The notes beneath the pieces were generated by a model, which was given only the letters and a program-made list of their open reading frames with translations, ran no database searches and was not told where the DNA came from. Below, one piece after another: positions 24,644 through 35,266 of a DNA stretch of 64,000 nt. The translations under genes and the position numbers were made by a program. This DNA is from Octopus sinensis (Eukaryota): positions 9,672,001 through 9,736,000 of the forward strand of contig NC_043022.1 of the NCBI RefSeq assembly GCF_006345805.1, in the 5' to 3' direction. How positions within the stretch are numbered: the first letter of the stretch is position 1; each line of letters starts with the position of its first letter.

Positions 24644-25233
24644 CCCTTTAGCATTTAAACCATCTGTATCTTATTTTTTTATTGCCCACAAGGGGCTAAA
24701 CAGAGGGGACAAACAAGGACAGACAAAGGGATAAAGTCAATTACATCGACCTCAGTGTGTAACTGGTACATAATTTATCGACCCCGAAAGGATGAATGGC
24801 AAAGTCGACTTCGGCAGAATTTGAACTCAGAACGTAACGGCAAACGAAATACCGCTAAGCATTTCGCCCGGCATGCTAACGTTTCTGCCAGCTCGCCGCC
24901 TTCAAAACCATCCGTATCTGGCTCAAATTATTCTGTTTTACATTCAAACTGACTAGATTCAGCCTCTCGTACCTATCCTACAATGTCATTCTCAAAATGA
25001 ATAGTCACATCATTGAAATCTTTCCCACCTGGACAGGTGTTTCCACTTCAATGCTTGCTTTAGGGACCCAACACAATAAGCTACAGTTAATACAACTAAG
25101 ATTGAAATATGCGACCAGCTTGCTGCTAGTCACAACACCAGCTGTTCAAGATTTCATGATAATGCGTGTTTAATTCAAAAGAATGTAAATAAATAGACAT
25201 TACACTTGACAGAATAATCTGAATGCTAACGGG
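24644..25233. mobile_element. piggyBac-like MITE with SINE insertion
   Basis: TTAA-CCCTTTAGCATT...AATGCTAACGGG-TTAA; SINE at ~24671-24901. Confidence 0.75.
24671..24901 (-). mobile_element. SINE family B
   Basis: Reverse complement of 23104-23333; imperfect TSD aaaccatc(t/c)gtatc. Confidence 0.8.
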
Positions 25234-25366
25234 TTAAATGCTGTGAGATTCTTGCAAGCTTATGGAGGACCCGAAACATAGGTTTTGCAGTTCTGTATTT
25301 AAGAGATGAAGAATTATTTACATTATTTACATTTGACAGGTATTTGTCCACTGCTTGTTTGTTGTT

Positions 25367-25412
25367 AACACAACGTTTTGGCTGATATACCCTCCAGCAT
25401 TCGTCAGGTGTC
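25367..25412 (-). ncRNA. Degenerate minimal hammerhead motif (G12->A)
   Basis: Minus strand: GACAC-CTGACGA-A-tGCTG-gagggtatat-CAGCc-AAAAC-GTT-GTGTT. Stems I and II pair, but GAAA reads AAAA. Confidence 0.5.
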
Positions 25413-25709
25413 TTGGGGAAATTTTAAACCTGGGTTCTCATTCCTAAGGTATTTTTCGATGTTATTATTATTATTACTATTATTATTCAGGTCACTGCTT
25501 GGAATCGAACTCGGAATTTTGGGGTTAGTAGCCCGCGCTCTTAACCACTATGCCATATGCTCATGGGCATATGTAAATAATGTAGGTTTTGCAGTTGTAT
25601 TTGTTTTGGAGCAGTGGAACCTTGACATGGTGTTATCCCACTTAGGTACTTCTTAGGAGGCTTAGAAGAGAATACCTTTGAAAATTATATTGTTCGTTTC
25701 ATCTGGTCT

Positions 25710-25960
25710 CCGTGCCGGTGGCATGTAAAAAGCACCATTCGATCGTGGTCGTTTGCCAGCCTCATCTGGCACCTGTGCCAGTGGCACGTAAAAAGCACCC
25801 ACTACACTCACGGAGTGGTTGGCGTTAGGAAGGGCATCCAGCTGTAGAAACACTGCCAGATCTGACTGGTCTGGTGCAGCCTTCTGGCTTCCCAGATCCC
25901 AGTTGAACCGTCCAACCCATGCTAGCATGGAAAGCGGATGTTAAACGATGATGATGATGA
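25710..25960 (+). mobile_element. RTE LINE 3' UTR copy
   Basis: Well-preserved 3' end with (GAT)n tail. Confidence 0.75.
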
Positions 25961-26553
25961 TACTTGTTACTTCTTCAATCTTGAGAGTTATCTGCTAGTT
26001 TTTCTTTACCCACCTACACTCTTAGTTCTTCTTTTCCAGCACACTTTAACTTGAACTTTGAGGAACCACCTGGACTCGAAGCCCCCTATTAATCATTCTC
26101 ACTTTCTCTCTCTCCTAAAGGTGAATTACCATGTAGCTCATCTACAAGGACCTGTTTGCCCTTTACTCCTCCTTCTTCATATTTTATTTGCTTATATCCT
26201 TGAGATGGTATAAGCCCACTTAGGTACTATGCAGGAGTCTTAGGAGAGAACACCTTTGGAACTTATATTTTTTGCTATACCCTTGTCACTTCTTCATTCT
26301 TAAGAACTGCTATCAGTTAGTTTTTCTTTATACACCCACATTCCTAGTTCTTCTGTTCCATCACACTTTAGCTCAAATTCAAACTTTGATGAACCACCTG
26401 GACTTGAAGCTCCTACCAATAATTCTCTCTCTGTGTCTCTGCCTGTTGCTCTGTCTCACTCTCCCTCCTGAAGGTGAATTACCATGTAGCTTCTCTACTA
26501 GAACCTACTTGCCCCTTTCTCCTTCTCTTTCATATTTTATATCTGCTTATATA

Positions 26554-26955
26554 GGCGCAGGAGTGGCTGTGTGGTAAGTAGCTTGTTTACCAACCACATG
26601 GTTCCGGCTTCATTCCCACTGCGTGGCACCTTGGGCAAGTGTCTTCTACTATAGCCCCGGGTCGACCAAAGCCTTGTGAGTGGATTTGGTAGACGGAAAC
26701 TGAAAGAAGCCCATCGTATATATGTATATATATGCGTGTGTGTGTTTGTGTGTCTGTGTTTGTCCCCCTAGCATTGCTTGACAACCGATGCTGGTGTGTT
26801 TATGTCCCCGTTACTTAGCGGTTCGGCAAAAGAGACCGATAGAATAAGTACTGGGCTTACAAAAGAATAAGTCCCGGTGTCGAGTTGCTCGATTAAAGGT
26901 GGTGCTCCAGCATGGCCGCAGTCAAATGACTGAAACAAGTAAAAGAGTAAAAGAG
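26554..26955 (+). mobile_element. tRNA-derived CORE-like SINE, family A (full length)
   Basis: A box TGGCTGTGTGG, B-box-like GGCTTCATTCCC (GGTTCAGTCCC in other copies), CORE-like CACCTTGGGCAAGTG, central microsatellite, tail ...gactgaaacaagtaaaagag. More than 12 copies in the window. Confidence 0.8.
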
Positions 26956-27517
26956 TTATGTCTTATACCCTTGTATAACTCCTACTACCTCCACCCAATT
27001 TTTCTAGTCTTGTGAGCTACTTGGTAGCCCCATTAGTACTGGCGTCATGAAAAAGCAGCCAGTACACTCTGTAAAACGTTTGGTGTTTGGAAGGGCACCA
27101 GCCATAGAAACCATACCAAACCAAACCAGACAGTAGAGCACACTGGGGTCCTTGAGCCCATTGGATCTTGTCAAACCATTCAGCCCATGGCATTATTGAA
27201 CATGGATGATGCAAATGATGATGATGATGATGATGATGATGAAGTGAACACACTTGACTAAAACAGAAACAGCCATGCCCGGACCCTATACATGCACAAA
27301 TGTACATACATGCTCAAAAAATACATAAACTTAAGTGACTCAACTGGAAAAGAAATTGAAGAAATTTTATGAAAATTACTGAATACTTTCAGTTTTGATA
27401 GACTTTGTCTGAAAGATCACCACACAGCCTTATCTAAAGAACGAAAGAGATTTTTTATTAAAATTTCTTTGCTGGGGTGAGTTGTTGAAAAAATAGAGTT
27501 AATGGAGAAATATTTAC

Positions 27518-27667
27518 CTTTATTGAGCAAAGACCAATTTTTCTCCGAAATCCTTCTTTCCCACACTCACTGCATTTGCTCCAGTTTGACCAGGTACTGA
27601 ATATTTTCAAATTGTTACTTGTTAGGTGTTTCATTGTTAGAAGGCTTTTTGTAGTGTTCTCGATAAC
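27518..27667 (-). CDS. FAM187A: Nested FAM187A-like gene, exon 3 (WxxWxxCxxCG segment)
   Basis: cactgctag|GTT acceptor, AAG|gtaaat donor; 150 nt, phase 0/0. Encodes VIENTTKSLLTMKHLTSNNLKIFSTWSNWSKCSECGKEGFRRKIGLCSIK, paralleling recalled human FAM187A [25 protein letters not shown]. Not in the supplied ORF track. Confidence 0.88.
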
Positions 27668-27707
27668 CTAGCAGTGAAACAAGTATAATTAAGCAAGTCA
27701 GAGTAAC

Positions 27708-27765
<58 letters not shown>

Positions 27766-27769
27766 CATC

Positions 27770-28230
27770 ATTGCCTTTGCACAGCTTCTAACGCTGGAGA
27801 TGTACTACAGTGTCAGTTGTTCACTACTAGTGAACAAAGGTAACGCCTTTATTTTTAGAGCACCTTTCGGAGCATTTGAGCGGTTCCAAGCAGTGCTATT
27901 TTCTGGAAGTGCTCCACCCTTATTGCAGCCCCTTTTTGCTCCACGTACTTTTCAAGATTTTTGCTCACCGTTCCCAGGGCTCTGACAATTATTGGTACTA
28001 TTGCTACCTTTTTCATCAACCACAACTGCTTAACTTCCCAAGCTAACCTGTCATCTCTCTCAAATTTTCTTTCTTCCTTATCGCATACCTTGTTGTCAGC
28101 TGGGCATGCTATATCTATGATCCAGCATAGTTTGTTTCCTTTCTCAATTAAGACTATGTTTGGCTTCCTATTCTCTATCTCATGGTTGCACTGAATCATA
28201 AAATCCTATAGCTCAAAAACCTCCTGGCCC
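27770..28230 (-). mobile_element. R4/Dong-like non-LTR element 3' end (restriction-like endonuclease remnant)
   Basis: RKPNIVLIEKGNKLCWIIDIACPADNKVCDKEERK...VPIIVRALG...FQKIALLGTAQMLRKVL is a PD-(D/E)xK-type RLE C-terminus; 3' end abuts (TAA)n at 27713-27770. Confidence 0.8.
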
Positions 28231-28269
28231 ATTTTTTTTCATCCATCTGCTCTCATCCACACAAAGTTC

Positions 28270-28660
28270 ATACTTAATCAGTGTACTCATCATATAATCT
28301 GTCCCTCATTCTGAGGGAGGAGCCCTTTCTTACCAACAAAGGCAGAAACTCTCCGAACATCACCCAACCCATTCTTATTCTAGTAGCTACACCCTCAGAA
28401 CATCCCCTTCCACTGTTCACTTGGTCACCTAAGAAACAGACACTGTCTGCTATTTCTGAGGATCCCACCTGACATTTGATGAAGTCTATTTTTCTGTCTG
28501 TTTCTAGTGTTTAATTGTACCTGTACACCTGACACACACAAAGACTATTTCCCCTCTTAACCCTCCTCTGATGTTGCTACATCACTAATGTGTCCATAGC
28601 TTGCACTGGGTACACCTTATGGAGTTTCTACATCCACCTTTTCTACATATTGACCAGGGC
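28270..28660 (-). mobile_element. Decayed fragment of the same RTE LINE ORF2
   Basis: WPWSICRKG..NSIRCTQCKLWTH and DSVCFLGDQVNSGRGCSEGVATRIRMGW align with the 56-57 kb copy; ends at a (CT)n tract. Confidence 0.75.
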
Positions 28661-28661
28661 C

Positions 28662-28737
<76 letters not shown>

Positions 28738-28944
28738 ACGCACACATACGCACCACAGAATGGTCGTGGCTGGAATGCCTTTGATCATAGGTATGTTGTA
28801 CTATTACTTTGGCTGCTGCATTGTTACTACTACTACTACTACCACCACCACCACCACAACAACAACAACAACAAACATGCTTCCAGACCATGTAAAATAT
28901 CAAAATATACAAAATATAAAAAAAAATTCAAGTCAGTTTAATAC

Positions 28945-29182
28945 CGCATGGAATTGGACGCTTGTCACTGTTGTTAGATGGTGGATGGCTTCATATTGAT
29001 TTCTTTTGATGCAGTAATAATAACCATCCAGATCACTGTTAATTGCTTTGATGATTAAGTCCCGCTTTGGAGTTATTTTGTAGTTTCCATTGGATTGGAT
29101 GTGAGAAAGTACTGTTCCTTTCTCCTGGAGATGTTGCCAGGTCACTCTTGTCTTCATTTCAGTTGTGGTCCCTGGTTTAAAA
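28945..29182 (-). CDS. FAM187A: Nested FAM187A-like gene, exon 2 (Ig domain 1)
   Basis: tccttcag|T completes Cys; GCG|gtatta donor; 238 nt, phase 2/0. Encodes FKPGTTTEMKTRVTWQH...DLIIKAINSDLDGYYYCIKRNQYEAIHHLTTVTSVQFHA, with the Ig C-W-DxGxYxC signature. Confidence 0.85.
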
Positions 29183-29432
29183 CTGAAGGACATACAAGCA
29201 CATATATATATAAAGACATAAATAACAGATAAATATTTTGATGAACTTTTATGTAACAATAAGTAAGATCGTAAAATGATGACAAATTGTTTCATAGCTC
29301 AAAAACATGCAGTTAGTTTATATTATCATAGTTGATGCTAGGAGAATGAGAGGAATAAAAATCTGAAGGCTTTCTCTGTGGTTAATCAAGGACAAGGACA
29401 ACAGTATTTTTTCATCCTGCCTCTAGAACAAC

Positions 29433-29474
<42 letters not shown>

Positions 29475-29498
29475 CACCCACTCCACATATAGACTCAC

Positions 29499-29920
29499 CA
29501 TTGGTGACATTTCAATAATACTCTTTGGCCAGGCTTTGTGATGTAGGTTTGATAGACAGATCTTCCTCGTGTGTGGGTTCTTTTTATGCAGTCATAGTAC
29601 TGCGTTAACAAGTCCATCGTGAGGGTGTATGGAAGTTTGTTGTGCCTTTGGTTGTTCAATTTGTAGACATCATCTACGTTGTTGAGGCTCCGTCTCACAA
29701 ACATAGCGGATTCCTGTGCCGTTTTCTCATGGACCCCGGGTAACTTCATTTCTGGCACCCCAAGCCAAGTTTCGAGGTCTTTCTCTCCATTTCCACTCAC
29801 ATTACTGACTCCACTTCTCGCATGTCCTACACATTCGGTCTTTATTATCTGAGCCAGGAAAATAACAAAGCACAATTGTCCAAAGATTGAGGAAAAGTAA
29901 AACTTCTTTCTTGCAAACAT
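29499..29920 (-). CDS. FAM187A: Nested FAM187A-like Ig/TM protein, exon 1 (ATG, signal peptide, start of Ig1)
   Basis: ATG at 29920; hydrophobic N-terminus (FSSIFGQLCFVIFLAQIIKTEC); ends TYITKPGQRVLLKCHQ then TG|gtgagt donor. 422 nt, phase 2. Confidence 0.8.
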
Positions 29921-30357
29921 ATTTTCTGAAACTTTATGAGTTATCTATATTGCTGTTTACTTTGTTATTGCTCGTAGGAACAAACTGTTCCTAGGAGCAA
30001 ACAAGCTGGACTTTTTACTATGGATGCAGTTTATGATTAGCAGTAATATATTGTAAGGAAGCGATTAAATATTGTTAGGAAAGGAGACTATCGTCTGACA
30101 ACTAAGATTCTGTTAAATTTGTAATATTTCGATTTTGAAAGCGATTTAAGAGAACCAGGTATTCTTAGGTTTACAGCGGTTTTTTTATTCTTATTATAAA
30201 GTCAACCTCAAATTCCACCGGGTTTGACTTGGTCTTTCATCCTTGCGGGGTCAGTAACTTAAGTACCAGTGAAACAGGGAATTTGATATAATCGACTTGT
30301 TTCCTCCCCCAAAATTTCAGGCCTTGTTCCTTTAGCAGAAAGGATTATTATTGTTGC

Positions 30358-30416
<59 letters not shown>

Positions 30417-30803
30417 CGTGCTTTCAGTGCATAACTGAATGTAGTGCTCTGTGTCTCATTTCATTTATCTTTTTTTTTTTAATAAAATCTGAGAGAAAAT
30501 TTAGCAATTGAATTTTCTTTTTGTTTGGCTTGTCTGATGGACTAATCAAAGAATTGCCACAACAATTGCTAAATATTTTGCTGTTTCCTATATTCCTGCA
30601 TCATTTCTCTCTTGTGTAATTTCCTTTTATTATTTCTGACGTTTGGTTTATTTTCTTTGTGTGTGTGTGTGTGTGTGTTTCTGGTTTGCTTTTCTTCTTT
30701 TTGTTCCTTCCTTCCTTTCGTCCTTCCTTTCTTTCTTTCTGCCTTTTACTTTGTCACTTTTCTTCCAGTGTCCTGCAATGTCCAATGTTGCTCTATAGTT
30801 TCA

Positions 30804-30817
30804 GTTGCCATGGAGAC
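30804..30817. promoter_or_regulatory. Candidate RFX X-box
   Basis: GTTGCCATGGAGAC (reverse complement GTCTCCATGGCAAC) fits the 14-bp X-box consensus; 884 bp upstream of the nested gene ATG. Confidence 0.45.
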
Positions 30818-31334
30818 ACCTGGTGATGTCATCATGTGTTGCATCATCATTATACTCTGTGATCAACCACACTCTCATGAATGATAAATGGAAGACCATT
30901 CTGTGACATATGGAGAATGTCGGTGTGTGTGTGTGTGTGTCTGCATTTGTGTTTTGTGTAAGTGTATGTTTTATATATGTGTATTCATGCATGTGTGTGT
31001 GTTTATATGTGTGTATATGTATATACATATGTATATATGTATATATATGTATGTATATATATATATATATATGTATGTATATATATATATATATATGTAT
31101 GTATATGTATGTATATATATATGTATGAATGTATGTATATATATATATATATATATATGTACGTATATGTATGTATGTATATGTATATATCTATGTGTAT
31201 ATATATGTATATATATATCTATGTGTATATATATATAATGGGAAAGTTTACAAAAATAAACAAAAGACGACGGCAGGTGGTGTACAAACAAACAAATTTA
31301 TTAGTATAGCGCTCAGGAATAGAAATAGAAAAAG

Positions 31335-31372
31335 TCTTTTACGTTTCGAGCCTACGCTCTTCGACAGAAAGA
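31335..31372 (-). ncRNA. Minimal hammerhead-like motif (core CUGUCGA variant)
   Basis: Minus strand: TCTTT-CTGTCGA-A-GAGC-gtag-GCTC-GAAAC-GTA-AAAGA. 5-bp stem I, 4-bp stem II; inside a ~270-bp insert between (TA)n tracts. Confidence 0.55.
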
Positions 31373-31620
31373 TACACAGAAAAAAACAAGGAGAGAAAAA
31401 AATGCATGTAGGAGCTAACGATCTATCATGGCGTCCTGACTTCGGACAGTGGTCAGACGTGAGAAGGACAGTAGGGGAGATAACAGGGTCAAGTGACTTC
31501 CAAAACGAAGGTGGCCCCAACATATATAGAACTGTATATATATTTATGTGTATGTGTATATATATGTATGTATATGAATACATATATATGTATATGTATA
31601 TATATATATATTATATATAT

Positions 31621-31665
<45 letters not shown>

Positions 31666-32550
31666 GTATATATACAACCCAGATGTCGATAGTCTAGAAC
31701 CTAGATTTTGAACTTTCCAAATTATGTTTGTTACTGTAAATCTGATGAGTTCACATTGGCTAGATTTACCTTGACAAAATCTCGAATGTTGCTACATCAA
31801 TGCCAGTATTTACCCATCTGAAGCACCTAGCCATTAACAGACCAAGAACAGTGAAAAAAACTATTAAATCGTGCAATTCAGTAGTATTGCTTCCCAGTAA
31901 AACAAAGCACCATCAGGTTAAACTTTAAATAAGATAGTGGTACAACAATTCACTAATATTTCCATGGTTTGTAAGTGATTGAGACATCAACATTCCCGTT
32001 AAACAAAATTCCAGTGCGTTGTGGGGTTTCATGTTTACAGCTGCATGGACTGGAGCAATGTGATGGATTAGTCATGAATGGAATGTCTTTTATGGTAGAC
32101 CTGTTAGATTGGAGCTGACCTGGTGCTAAAAACATGTCTGGGTGCAGGTTTGGCTGACCATAACCACATGAGCATGTCCCTTAGTGGATGATATTATGTG
32201 CACCTCTGATTATGAGCAGGAGTAGTGGGGGAGCATTATATCCATGTGTTGAAGGGGATTCTTTGAGTATTCAAATAAATGTAACAAAAGTAAAGTTTGA
32301 AGGCAAGATTAGCCATTTTTCATGCTTTCTAGGGGCCAGTAAATAGGAGATAACAGTTGCTACCCAAGGACAAAAATTGTCCTTATACGGTGTTTTTGAT
32401 GGAAACACAAATATCTGTATATTAGTATAAGTGATACAAGTTTATTGATACTGTACTGTAGGAGGCAGTGTGAAACTGGTCTGGTGGTCATGGGAAGATG
32501 AAGTTCTTGTTTGTAAATCTGTGTGGATCATAAGAGGTTCTTGACTATTA

Positions 32551-33298
32551 AGTAGGGTAGAGTGAAAATAAAGAATTGTGGAAATTGAAAATGCTTGAGG
32601 CTTAAAATATTGCTTATATTTGATTACTAGAATAATGTTAAATTTTTGCTGCTGAGATCAATAAAGGGCATTTACTCTCTCAAGCCCCCTAAACTCCAAA
32701 AATGGGGGATTCTTGTAAACATTTTACACCAGCAGATGTTGGGCAGTTTGAGGGAGTAAATGTCCCTAGCGAAAATTTAACATTTTTCTAGTAATAATAT
32801 ATAGCAAGATTTTAGGCCTCAGGCATTTTCAATTCCAGGATTTTTTGTTTTCACTCCACTCTAACCCATATGTATGTGTGTGCAGGTATATAGATGGTGT
32901 AATCTAGGGTGGAGTTAAAGTAAAAAATAGTGGAAATTGAAAATGCCTGAAGCCTAAAATCTTGGTATATATTATTTCTAGAAAAATGCTAAATTTGTAA
33001 AAAATTTACAAAATATTGTGGAAATGCTAAACTTGTAAAAAATTTACAAAAAAATTGTGGAAATTGAAAATGCTTGAAGCCTAAAATCTTGGTATATATT
33101 ATTTCTAGAAAAATGCTAAATTTGTAAAAAAAATTTACAAAAATCTCTCAATTTTGGAGTTTAGTGAGCTTGAGGGATTAAATGCTCTTGGTTGATCTCA
33201 GCAAAAATTGAGCATTTTTCTTGTAATCAAATATAGTAACATTTTAGCCCTCAGGCATTTTCAATTTCCCCATTTCTTTTATTTCCCCCCCACCTTCA
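32551..33298. mobile_element. Pair of long-TIR MITEs in inverted orientation
   Basis: 32551-32870 and 32904-33298 each carry gggtrgag...gtggaaattgaaaatgcytgargc TIRs; the second copy mirrors the first. Confidence 0.6.
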
Positions 33299-33551
33299 TT
33301 AGTGTCCAGAAATTTGGTGCTGTAATTGTATTTCACTAATTTGTTTAGTTTTAGCCTTCCAGTTAATTATGGAAGAGAGATGTTGGCCTTCACTTCATTG
33401 AAACAAAAAAGAACTGTTTTATTTTCTTTCTTATTCTTTTCATTTTTTTGGCAGGGGAAATGATATTTATGTGAATAGAAATAATATTTTAAAAAATAAA
33501 TTCATAGATAAATCTAATTTTTCGGTACTTCTTTTTCTTTTTTTCCATCAG

Positions 33552-33646
33552 GATGGTACCAATTCTGGCCCATACAGTCACGTAGCTGACTTCTCCGCCA
33601 TCAAAGAGCTTGACACAATCACTAAAGATATCGACGACATGAAAAA
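33552..33646 (+). CDS. EPS15: EPS15-like exon, start of coiled coil
   Basis: ccatcag|GAT acceptor, AA|gtatgt donor; 95 nt, phase 0/2. Encodes DGTNSGPYSHVADFSAIKELDTITKDIDDMK; ADFSAIKELD is the recalled EPS15 motif. Confidence 0.93.
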
Positions 33647-33769
33647 GTATGTACGATTCTCTCACACAAGCAAGCACTTACTGCTAAGTACTTATTTCTG
33701 TAAATGAATATATATAATGGCCTAACCGCCAAGCAATAATGAAAATAATAATAATAATAATGAATTTGC

Positions 33770-34310
33770 CGTGATGCAGTACCAGGCTGTGGCTCTCATG
33801 GCTTCTGATCTTAACTGATTGGAAGTGTTATCATGTACATTGTCTTGTTTTGATATAAACGAGAGACTACAGCCAATATTCTGCACAATATCACAGATTT
33901 CGCTTGTCAGTTGTTAGACCGTAACCAGTTGAGCATCTCCCTTAGTGGTGATGATATGTGCATCTCTGATCACGAGTAGAAGTAGTGGGGGAGCATCATA
34001 GCCATGTGTTGAGAGGGATTCTTTGGGGTTCGAATAATTCACCTCTGGAAACATGGGTGTTTCGTTCAACATCCTTAAACAACCCTTATTCAGGGATCTT
34101 TTGAGTGGGATGGGCTACTTGACCAGAAGAAAATTCTAACTGGGCTCCACCTGCAAGGTCATGTGCTGTTTATCTTGATACGAGATCACCATGTCGCACA
34201 CATATGGTTGTAATGCATGTACCTGGTGTACCCTTATCAGACGGGTAGTCATGATGGGTATACTGGGCTTCGTATATTTTACCCCAGTGTCACTTTGATG
34301 TCATGTACTG
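33770..34310. repeat. Interspersed repeat of unknown class
   Basis: Homologous fragment at ~32140-32280 (gagcatgtcccttagtgg...gtagtgggggagcat...ccatgtgttgaagggattctttg). Confidence 0.5.
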
Positions 34311-34551
34311 CTCTCTCACTCAATAATAATAATAATAATCCTTTCTGCTGAAGGCACAAGACCTGAAATCTCAGGGAAGCGGGTAAATCAATTACATTGA
34401 CCCCAGTACACAACTGGTGCTTATTTTTTTGACCCCGAAAGTATGAAAGGTAAAGTCGACCTTGGTAGAATTTGAACTCAAAACATGCAGACAGACGAAG
34501 TGCTGCGAAGCATTTCATCCGGCGTGCTAATAATTCTGCCAGCTTGCTACC

Positions 34552-34584
<33 letters not shown>

Positions 34585-34810
34585 TAATAATAATAATAAT
34601 AATGATAATTCTTTCTACTATAGGCAAAAGGCCTGAAATTTTGAGAGAGGGAGTAAGTCGATCACATTGACCCCAGTACTCAACTGGTACTCATTTTATA
34701 ATCCCACAGCAACAACAACAACTACTCTTCATTCCAGTTTTTTTTCTTTGTTTTTATTCTTATTTCAAAAATTTTTTTTTTCCCATATTTTTCGCAATGT
34801 GATTGTTTAG

Positions 34811-34982
34811 GGAGAAGCTTCTATTGGAGAAAGAGAAGTCACAACGAGATGCTGACATCAAGATCAAGAATGGAGAAGTGCAAGCTTTACAGAAGGACCT
34901 TGATGCCATCACGGCTACTCTGCATCAGTTGGAAAACCAGAAGAGAGAAGCACAGAAGCGCTTAGATGAGCTTGATGATAAG
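34811..34982 (+). CDS. EPS15: EPS15-like exon, coiled coil
   Basis: tgtttag|G acceptor, AAG|gtggga donor; 172 nt, phase 2/0. Encodes EKLLLEKEKSQRDADIKIKNGEVQALQKDLDAITATLHQLENQKREAQKRLDELDDK. Confidence 0.92.
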
Positions 34983-35231
34983 GTGGGAACATCGTCACAC
35001 CGATGGACTTCTCCTTTCTTTCTTCCTTTCTCTGCATCTTTAGTCTTGCTTTTCGGCTTTTTTCTTTGTTTTTTGTTATTATTCAATTTGTTTCTTCTTT
35101 GGTGTTGTTACTGTCTTTCTCTTTTTCTGTTTTTTCTGTTTTCTTCTATTCTTCTACCTTTCCTTCCTTGTTTCCTTTTTTTCTCTTCCCTTCCTCCTCT
35201 TCCATACTGTCCTCCCACTCTTGCCTCGCCC

Positions 35232-35266
<35 letters not shown>

